Assembly (NCBI RefSeq): GCF_001465295.1
Contig: NZ_CP011034.1
Span: forward strand, 3,330,001-3,362,000
Direction of reading: 5' to 3'
Length of the DNA: 32,000 nucleotides
DNA from: Pseudoalteromonas translucida KMM 520
Lineage (GTDB): Bacteria > Pseudomonadota > Gammaproteobacteria > Enterobacterales > Alteromonadaceae
The position numbers were made by a program, and so were the translations under genes. Shown here one piece after another: positions 26,635 through 32,000 of the stretch (the first letter of the stretch is position 1; every line of letters begins with the position of its first letter). Below the pieces are notes generated by a model. That model had not been told where the DNA came from. It did not search any database and was given only the letters and a program-made list of their open reading frames with translations.

Positions 26635-26733
26635 AAAAGTGTGGGCTCATTGCTAAAAATTAGCATACAATTTTAGCGTATTTAACGCTTATTAAGTAGG
26701 GGTTAGTAGTTTAAATCGCATTTAGTTACTGGC

Positions 26734-26760
26734 AAAAAAAGACGCTTTCGCGTCTTTTTT
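26734..26760 (-). terminator. Strong symmetric terminator, probably the ancestral glmS terminator
   Basis: AAAAAAAGACGC-tttc-GCGTCTTTTTT lies 22 nt beyond the stop codon of the orphan glmS 3' fragment. It insulates the helicase gene from upstream minus-strand transcription. Confidence 0.85.
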
Positions 26761-26782
26761 ATCTTATAACACTAACTTATTG

Positions 26783-26854
26783 TTATTCAACAGTAACCGA
26801 TTTAGCCAGGTTACGTGGTTGGTCAACGTCTGTGCCTTTAATTACCGCTACGTA
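26783..26854 (-). pseudogene. glmS: Orphan copy of the last 23 codons plus stop of glmS (left direct repeat)
   Basis: The minus strand reads [23 protein letters not shown]-stop. It is 69/72 nt identical to 28129-28200. Mismatches at 26804, 26807 and 26809 are all synonymous. No upstream glmS sequence is attached. Confidence 0.9.
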
Positions 26855-26860
26855 CATGTA

Positions 26861-27940
26861 CTAGCTATGGGCTATAAGTAATTTATACAACGGATCGTTA
26901 ATATAATAGTTAGCACGACCAATTTTTTGTTTAGTTAAAAAACCATGCTCAACCAACTGCTCTAAATACTTAGTAGCAGTAATACGGGATACGCCTAGCT
27001 CTTCCACTATAAATTCTATTTTGGTGTAAGGGTGATTAAATAAATTATTGAGCAAATCTTGGCTATATATTTTAGGTAGTTTTTCACGTATACCGTGTTT
27101 CACTTCAGCCATAGTACTTTTCATTTGAGTAATGAGTGAGATGGTATTTTGTGCGGTATCAATGATACCGTCGAGCATAAATAATAGCCAAGCTTCCCAG
27201 TTTCCTGTTTCTCTTACTGCTTGCAAATTACTGTAGTAGTCGGCTTTATGGTGAATAATAAAGCGACTTAAATATAATACAGGCAAGTTAAGTAGCTCTT
27301 TGGTCACTAAATACAAAATATTTATTATACGCCCAGTCCGTCCATTGCCATCATAAAATGGATGAATACTTTCAAACTGGTGGTGAATAATAGCCATTTT
27401 AACCAGTGGATCAGCGTCACACAGTGAATCGTCATTGATGTAGGTGATGAGGTTAGCCATTAATTTTGCTATTTCTTCAGCGTGTTGTGGTGGTGTATAA
27501 ACGATCTCGCCTGTACTGGCATTTTTTAAATCTGTACCTGGGAGTTTTCGCAGTCCTGCATTATTATGCTCTAGGTTTTTTTGTATTAACAAGATGTCAC
27601 TTAAGCGCAGTAACTTATTTTTGCGTGCCGTATTAAAGCCTTGCTTTAAAGCAAAGGCATAGTCTTGCACTTCCTTCGTGGCTGGATTGGTAATAGCTTC
27701 TTCAAATAAGCTCGCTTTGTAAAGCTCGTCATGTGTGGTGACAATATTCTCTACCTCTGAGCTGTCTTTTGCCTCTTGTAGCGACAGGGTATTTATTAAA
27801 ATGGCTTCATTTGGAATACTGGCCGCAACGCCTTTTAGTTCGGCAAGATAACGGTGAGCTTCAGCTGTTTTTTTTAGTACTGCGCGGGTTTCCCACTTTT
27901 CAATATTATTTAGTGGAAGCTGTTTAACACTTGCTGACAT
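26861..27940 (-). CDS. Fic-domain protein, class II (N-terminal inhibitory helix), SoFic-like AMPylase with a C-terminal winged-helix domain
   Basis: The Fic motif HPFYDGNGRTGR is at nt 27364-27329 (reverse-translated and checked). The inhibitory motif SSEVEN, fitting [ST]xxxE[GN], is at 27763-27746 within EAKDSSEVENIVTT. The C-terminal segment VEELGVSRITATKYLEQLVEHGFLTKQKIGR looks like a wHTH. I prefer the ATG at 27940 (MSASVKQLPL..) to the track start at 28048, whose extra 36 residues are AT-rich promoter sequence. Confidence 0.85.
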   Translation of the reverse strand: MSASVKQLPLNNIEKWETRAVLKKTAEAHRYLAELKGVAASIPNEAILINTLSLQEAKDSSEVENIVTTHDELYKASLFEEAITNPATKEVQDYAFALKQGFNTARKNKLLRLSDILLIQKNLEHNNAGLRKLPGTDLKNASTGEIVYTPPQHAEEIAKLMANLITYINDDSLCDADPLVKMAIIHHQFESIHPFYDGNGRTGRIINILYLVTKELLNLPVLYLSRFIIHHKADYYSNLQAVRETGNWEAWLLFMLDGIIDTAQNTISLITQMKSTMAEVKHGIREKLPKIYSQDLLNNLFNHPYTKIEFIVEELGVSRITATKYLEQLVEHGFLTKQKIGRANYYINDPLYKLLIAHS

Positions 27941-28048
27941 GTATAAATAACGCCTTTTTGTAGGTATAAATTTTTTATATGTATAAATAATTGCAAAAAT
28001 TATACATGAAGCCTTAGTTATGTATAGATTTTCTATTTTATTATACAT
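27939..28048 (-). promoter_or_regulatory. Repeat-dense AT-rich Fic promoter region (six GTATA-core heptamer copies, two embedded TATAAT boxes)
   Basis: The plus strand has ATGTATAAATAA at 27939-27950 and 27979-27990, GTATAAA at 27964-27970, TGTATAG at 28021-28027, and the inverted TTATACAT at 28000-28007 and 28041-28048. Minus-strand TATAAT boxes lie at 28004-27999 and 28045-28040. Confidence 0.4.
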
Positions 28049-28066
28049 ATATTTCTAATTACACAT

Positions 28067-28101
28067 AAAAAAACGGCTACATGTTGCTGTAGCCGTTTTT
28101 T
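28067..28101 (-). terminator. Rho-independent terminator now serving glmS (carried on the insert)
   Basis: AAAAAAACGGCTAC-atgttgct-GTAGCCGTTTTTT is symmetric with an 8-bp GC-containing stem. It lies 28 nt after the glmS stop. Confidence 0.8.
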
Positions 28102-28128
28102 GCTTTCTACTTTAAAATTAAAAGCTAA

Positions 28129-28200
28129 TTATTCAACAGTAACCGATTTTGCTAAGTTACGTGGTTGGTCAACGTCTGTGCCTTTAATTACCGCTACGTA
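28129..28200 (-). repeat. glmS: Right direct repeat: the functional 3' end of glmS
   Basis: It is identical to 26783-26854 except at 28150, 28153 and 28155, and it is contiguous with the rest of glmS. Confidence 0.9.
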
Positions 28201-29949
28201 GTACGACAGTAGCTGTAATGGTAAAGTATAAACAATTGGCGCAATAATATCGTCAGTGTGATTTACGTTGATAACACGCATGGTGGTGTCTGATTCAAAG
28301 TGAGAATCTTTATCTGCGAATACGTAAATAATACCGCCACGCGCCCGTACTTCTTCTACGTTCGATTTAAGCTTTTCGAGCAATTCGTTATTGGGGGCAA
28401 CCACAATAATTGGCATGTCGGCGTCAATTAGTGCCAGTGGACCATGTTTAAGCTCGCCTGCAGCGTAGGCTTCTGCGTGAATGTACGAAATTTCTTTAAG
28501 CTTAAGCGCGCCTTCCATTGCAATTGGGTATTGCGAACCACGGCCTAAAAATAGTGAATGTTGCTTATCGGCAAACTCTTCTGCTAACTCGGCAATGCTA
28601 TCTGCAAGCTGTAAAGTTTCTTCTAATTTTGCAGGAAGTACTTTAATTGCATTAACAATTGCGCTTTGATCAAGGCCTTTTTCTTGTGCTATAGACGCAG
28701 TAAGCATTAACAAACCAACTAATTGCGTAGTAAACGCTTTAGTAGATGCTACGCCAATTTCGGCGCCGGCTTTGGTCATAAAGGCAAGGTCTGATTCGCG
28801 TACAAGCGATGAGCCAGGTACGTTACAAATGGTCATTGAAGCCATGTAACCTTGTTGCTTTGCTAAACGCAGTGCAGCAAGTGTATCGGCAGTTTCACCT
28901 GATTGTGAAATAGTTACTAGGAGGCTTTTTTCGTGTACAAACGACTGGCGGTAGCGAAATTCTGAGGCAATTTCTACATTACAGCTTACGCCTGCAAATT
29001 GCTCAAGCCAGTAACGTGCAACCATACCCGAATGGTAAGACGTACCACAGGCAATAATTTGTACGTGTTTTACATCTTTAAATATTTGTTGTGCACTGTC
29101 GCCAAAAGCGTCAATTGCTACGCGATCGTTGTTTAAACGCCCTTCAAGGGTATTACGTACAGCAAGTGGCTGCTCGTAAATTTCTTTTAGCATGTAGTGA
29201 CGGTAGTCGCCTTTACCTGATGCATCTTGCGTAATGTTTGATTCAACCACTTCACGCTCTACAGCGTTGCCATCGGCATCAAAAATTTCTACTGTGTCAC
29301 GTGTAATACGTGCTACGTCGCCTTCTTCTAAAAATATAAAGCTGCGAGTAACCGGTAGTAGTGCCAATTGATCAGAGGCAATAAAGTTTTCGCCAAGCCC
29401 TAAACCTATAACAAGTGGGCTGCCTGAGCGCGCTACAATAATTTCGTTGCTGTTGTCTTTATCAAATACAACGGTACCAAATGCGCCTTCAAATTGCTTA
29501 ACGGCAGCTTGTACTGATGCGAGCAAGGTTTTGTGCTGCTGACGAAGCTGGTGAATTAAGTGCACCATAACTTCTGTGTCGGTGTCTGATAAAAATTCGT
29601 AACCGTCGCCTTTTAATGCGGCGCGCAAGCTTACGTGATTTTCAATAATACCATTGTGTACTAGTGCTAGTTGGCCGCTTGACACATGTGGGTGTGCATT
29701 GGCTTCAGTTACACTACCGTGAGTAGCCCAGCGAGTGTGTGCAATACCTGTATGGCCGCTAACACCTGATTGCTCAAGTGCCGACTCTAGGTTTACTACT
29801 TTACCAACTGCTTTTACAGTTTTAAGGGTGTTGCCATCAAGCAGTGCTACGCCTGCTGAATCGTAACCACGGTATTCTAGGCGTTTAAGGCCTTCAACTA
29901 AAATTTTATTTACTGGACGTTCTGCAACTGCCCCAACTATTCCACACAT
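28129..29949 (-). CDS. glmS: Glutamine--fructose-6-phosphate aminotransferase (isomerising)
   Basis: MCGIVGAV has the N-terminal nucleophile Cys after Met. The protein has two SIS domains and the invariant C-terminus [18 protein letters not shown]. It is 606 aa. Confidence 0.97.
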   Translation of the reverse strand: MCGIVGAVAERPVNKILVEGLKRLEYRGYDSAGVALLDGNTLKTVKAVGKVVNLESALEQSGVSGHTGIAHTRWATHGSVTEANAHPHVSSGQLALVHNGIIENHVSLRAALKGDGYEFLSDTDTEVMVHLIHQLRQQHKTLLASVQAAVKQFEGAFGTVVFDKDNSNEIIVARSGSPLVIGLGLGENFIASDQLALLPVTRSFIFLEEGDVARITRDTVEIFDADGNAVEREVVESNITQDASGKGDYRHYMLKEIYEQPLAVRNTLEGRLNNDRVAIDAFGDSAQQIFKDVKHVQIIACGTSYHSGMVARYWLEQFAGVSCNVEIASEFRYRQSFVHEKSLLVTISQSGETADTLAALRLAKQQGYMASMTICNVPGSSLVRESDLAFMTKAGAEIGVASTKAFTTQLVGLLMLTASIAQEKGLDQSAIVNAIKVLPAKLEETLQLADSIAELAEEFADKQHSLFLGRGSQYPIAMEGALKLKEISYIHAEAYAAGELKHGPLALIDADMPIIVVAPNNELLEKLKSNVEEVRARGGIIYVFADKDSHFESDTTMRVINVNHTDDIIAPIVYTLPLQLLSYYVAVIKGTDVDQPRNLAKSVTVE

Positions 29950-30008
29950 AGTGTCTCCATTGATTTTTTAATATTTGCCCGCTTATAACCTGAATTCAAG
30001 TTAACGGG

Positions 30009-30773
30009 CTATTCCATAATCTCTGCACAAATTAGTTTTACACCACATTCCTCAATTGCTTTGCGTTTATCGTCTGCTAAGCCATTGTCGGTTATTAAGG
30101 TGGTTACTATTTGCCACGGTAATTCTAAATTCGGGATTTTTCGGCCAACTTTATCTGATTCAACCATCACTATAACTTCACGTGCTGCTTTTGCCATTAC
30201 TTGGCTTAAGCCAACTAGTTCGTTAAAGGTAGTAGTACCGCGCTTTACGTCTATGCCGTCGGCACCAATAAATAGCTGATCAAAGTCGTAAGAGCATAGT
30301 ACGCTTTCAGCCACTTGCCCCTGAAATGATTCTGAATGCGGATCCCATGTCCCACCGGTCATCAATAATGTTGGCTCGTTTTCGAGCGCTAGCAAGCGAT
30401 TAGCAACTTTAATAGCATTCGTCATTACAACTAAGCCTTGTTTACTTGCAAGCTCTGGGATCATTGCTGCTGTAGTTCGCCCGCTATCAATAATAATACG
30501 GTTATGATCTTTGATCAGTGCGGCTGCCGCTTTGGCTATTGCCACTTTACGTTTTGAATCTATTTCGTCACTAACGATTTCTTTTGGTAATGCAATAGCA
30601 CCGCCATAACGGCGCAGTAATAAGCCACTCTTTTCAAGCGCAGTTAAATCTTTTCGAATGGTCACTTCTGAGGTTTGAAACTGCTCAGCTAATTTTTCCA
30701 CGACCACTTCACCAAGCTCATTAACCTGAGCCAATATATTGTGACGTCGTTGCTGGGTGTTTCGTTTGGTCAT
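30009..30773 (-). CDS. DeoR-family transcriptional regulator, probably co-transcribed with glmS
   Basis: It has an N-terminal HTH (VVEKLAEQFQTSEVTIRKDLTALEKSGLLLRRYGGA) and a DeoR C-terminal sugar-phosphate sensor domain. It is 254 aa, with only 59 nt between its stop and the glmS start. Confidence 0.85.
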   Translation of the reverse strand: MTKRNTQQRRHNILAQVNELGEVVVEKLAEQFQTSEVTIRKDLTALEKSGLLLRRYGGAIALPKEIVSDEIDSKRKVAIAKAAAALIKDHNRIIIDSGRTTAAMIPELASKQGLVVMTNAIKVANRLLALENEPTLLMTGGTWDPHSESFQGQVAESVLCSYDFDQLFIGADGIDVKRGTTTFNELVGLSQVMAKAAREVIVMVESDKVGRKIPNLELPWQIVTTLITDNGLADDKRKAIEECGVKLICAEIME

Positions 30774-30789
30774 AAGTGATATACAATTA

Positions 30790-30827
30790 AGTTTCGTTTC
30801 GAAAGATGCGCAATTTTAAACGAAACT
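30790..30827. promoter_or_regulatory. Candidate DeoR-type operator: perfect 10-bp inverted repeat plus an internal palindrome
   Basis: AGTTTCGTTT (30790-30799) and AAACGAAACT (30818-30827) are exact reverse complements separated by 18 bp. TTTCGAAA (30797-30804) overlaps the left arm. The site lies 17-54 nt upstream of the DeoR regulator start codon. Confidence 0.5.
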
Positions 30828-30931
30828 AGTTAAATGGCAAGTGAACGAGCAAAAATAAAGCAATTTAATCAAATTATAATAAAACTTAAAATACGGTAAG
30901 CTAGGGGTAATAGCCGAATAAAGTAAAGTAT

Positions 30932-31459
30932 ATGCAATTATTTAATAGTATCAGTAAAGAATATTTAACTCAGCGTAAGCTCGCCGGCGATACCTGCCGT
31001 TTATTTAATAAAAGCCCCAGTAAGGGCAATTTAAAGCGTATTAAAAGCTTATTTTTTGATTGTGGTGAAGAGGTAATTATTGAAGCAGGGTTTCACTGCG
31101 ATTATGGTAGTACACTTATTATTGGTGATCGTACCTTTATAAATATTAACTGCACCATTTTAGATTCTCCGCTACCTGAGTCGGCCATAAGTATTGGGAA
31201 CGACTGTTTAATAGGCCCTAATGTACAATTGCTAGCTGTATCTCACGCGCTAGATCCGCAGCAAAGATTAAGTAAAGAAAACTTTAGCCAGCCAATTAGT
31301 ATAGGTAATAATGTATGGGTTGGTGCAGGCGTAATTATTTTAGCTGGAATAACTATTGGCGATAATGCCGTTATTGGAGCGGGCTCGATAGTAACAAAAA
31401 ATGTGGCAGCCAACACCGTGGTGATTGGAAATCCTGCTGTTAAAGTTAAAGATATTTGA
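30932..31459 (+). CDS. maa: Sugar O-acetyltransferase of the hexapeptide-repeat (LbH) family, maltose/galactoside acetyltransferase-like
   Basis: IEAGFHCDYGSTLIIGDRTFININCTILD...ISIGNNVWVGAGVIILAGITIGDNAVIGAGSIVTKNVAANTVVIGNPA parallels E. coli Maa ([25 protein letters not shown]...[48 protein letters not shown]). Confidence 0.8.
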   Translation: MQLFNSISKEYLTQRKLAGDTCRLFNKSPSKGNLKRIKSLFFDCGEEVIIEAGFHCDYGSTLIIGDRTFININCTILDSPLPESAISIGNDCLIGPNVQLLAVSHALDPQQRLSKENFSQPISIGNNVWVGAGVIILAGITIGDNAVIGAGSIVTKNVAANTVVIGNPAVKVKDI

Positions 31460-31546
31460 AGCAGTAGTGCGTTAAACACAACCTACAAAGCCTACTCTGT
31501 AGGTCGTACAATATATAACTAAGCAGTGTATTTCTAAGGGAAGGGT

Positions 31547-32000
31547 TTATTGTTTATTTTTTAATGTAAGCGCTAAACCCGCCATAATAAACTCAACTTG
31601 GGAAACCTGCGCAGCTAATGCTTGATGTAACCAGCCAGATTCGTCTACAAATGTACGACTTAATTCACCAAGCGGAACTATACCGTGCCCCACTTCGTTA
31701 CTTACAAAAATAACTTGCCCAGGTAAGCTCTTAAGTTGAGCTAATAACTCAGCTTTTTGCGTTTGCCAGCAATGCTTGTCGCTATGGCATAAACAGTTTG
31801 TAAGCCATAGCGTTAAACAATCTACCAATATGCAGTTATCAGCTTTACTATGGGCTTTAAGTAGTTTGGCAAGCGCTATGGGCTCTTCAACTAATTGCCA
31901 GTTTGCTGGGCGGTCTTTTTGATGGCGCGTTATACGTGCTTGCATTTCATCGTCATTAGGCTGTGCAGTGGCCAGATAAATCACTGATTTATTACTCTTC
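31547..32000 (-). CDS. cobU: Adenosylcobinamide kinase / adenosylcobinamide-phosphate guanylyltransferase, 3' part (5' end beyond the window)
   Basis: VIYLATAQPNDDEMQARITRHQKDRPANW...ILVDCLTLWLTNCL...VIFVSNEVGHGIVP parallels E. coli CobU ([29 protein letters not shown]...ILLECITTMVTNLL...VVLVTNEVGMGIVP). The frame stays open upstream of the track start (a GTG at 31984) to the window edge, and the P-loop N-terminus is missing from the window. Confidence 0.85.
   Translation of the reverse strand, partial: KSNKSVIYLATAQPNDDEMQARITRHQKDRPANWQLVEEPIALAKLLKAHSKADNCILVDCLTLWLTNCLCHSDKHCWQTQKAELLAQLKSLPGQVIFVSNEVGHGIVPLGELSRTFVDESGWLHQALAAQVSQVEFIMAGLALTLKNKQ

Larger units (their letters stand above)
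26783..28200. mobile_element. Repeat-bounded insertion at the glmS 3' end carrying a single Fic gene (integrase-less islet; repeat offset 1346 bp)
   Basis: 72-bp direct repeats at 26783-26854 and 28129-28200 flank a visibly AT-richer 1274-bp segment. That segment holds the Fic CDS, its promoter region and a new terminator for glmS. I see no recombinase, transposase or terminal inverted repeats. Confidence 0.55.

Noticed and set aside
27941-28048. N-terminal 36-residue extension of the Fic ORF given by the ORF track (start at 28048)
   Set aside because: The extension (MYNKIENLYITKASCIIFAIIYTYKKFIPTKRRYLY) is translated AT-rich promoter/repeat DNA. Homology to SoFic-type proteins begins right after the ATG at 27940.
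26635-28128. Tn7 or Tn7-like transposon at attTn7 downstream of glmS
   Set aside because: The location invites the idea, but several expected features are missing. There are no tnsABCDE-like genes, no TGT...ACA termini and no arrays of TnsB-type end repeats. The duplication is 72 bp of coding sequence rather than a 5-bp target-site duplication downstream of the stop.
26783-28200. The 72-bp repeat as an assembly or sequencing artefact
   Set aside because: The copies differ at three positions, all synonymous. Each is embedded in different, sensible flanking sequence (different terminators). An artefactual collapse or duplication would be expected to give identical copies.
29950-30008. glmS ribozyme/riboswitch or GlmZ-type control site upstream of glmS
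   Set aside because: Only 59 nt separate the DeoR gene stop from the glmS start. That is too short for the ~170-nt glmS ribozyme, which is also a Gram-positive feature. I see only a weak hairpin and cannot support an sRNA target site by eye.
31243-31479. 78-aa ORF antisense to the acetyltransferase
   Set aside because: It mirrors the hexapeptide-repeat periodicity of the plus-strand gene (Ile/Thr/Pro/Ala-rich), so it is a shadow ORF.
1-32000. CRISPR arrays, tRNA/rRNA genes, IS elements, integrases
   Set aside because: Reading both strands, I found no regularly spaced short repeats, no cloverleaf-compatible conserved tRNA boxes in intergenic regions, and no transposase- or recombinase-like ORFs. 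A covariance-model scan (tRNAscan/Infernal) would be needed to exclude small RNAs formally.

Overview
This is a 32-kb chromosomal stretch from a low-GC gammaproteobacterium. The gene repertoire looks marine Alteromonadales / Pseudoalteromonas-like, but that is inference, not a search result. I can support 27 protein-coding features (two cut by the window edges) and one orphan gene fragment. I saw no rRNA, tRNA or CRISPR array.

Gene content, left to right:
- A Fur-box-controlled PepSY membrane protein, followed by a transglutaminase-like/TPR lipoprotein.
- A 943-aa exported protein combining an HExxH peptidase, a TolB-like propeller and a beta-barrel.
- A yeaD-ydbS-ydbT-like operon, whose last two genes encode bacterial PH-domain membrane proteins.
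- A MarR regulator followed by a coiled-coil-headed porin.
- ybaN plus an orphan ORF.
- A TonB-dependent receptor.
- A KefB/C-type K+ efflux antiporter.
- A phosphate-starvation block: two tandem PhoA-type alkaline phosphatases and an unknown exported protein, each transcription unit preceded by Pho boxes.
- A cold-shock / RNA-metabolism block: two tandem cspA-like genes with duplicated long 5' UTRs, RNase R, a DUF3297-like gene and a RhlE-like DEAD-box helicase.
- A DeoR regulator and glmS.
- A hexapeptide acetyltransferase.
- The 3' part of cobU.

The most unusual structure is at the 3' end of glmS. A 72-bp segment encoding the last 23 codons plus the stop of glmS is present twice as a direct repeat (69/72 identical, and all three differences are synonymous). 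The two copies bracket a 1.27-kb AT-rich insert. That insert carries only a class-II (SoFic-like) Fic AMPylase gene, a repeat-dense promoter region and a replacement terminator for glmS. This is the footprint of an integrated element that has no recombinase of its own.

Other points worth a second look:
- The Pho-box-driven unknown protein with a C-terminal HHH tail.
- The modular 943-aa peptidase-propeller-barrel protein.
- The clustering of cold-shock RNA-metabolism genes.
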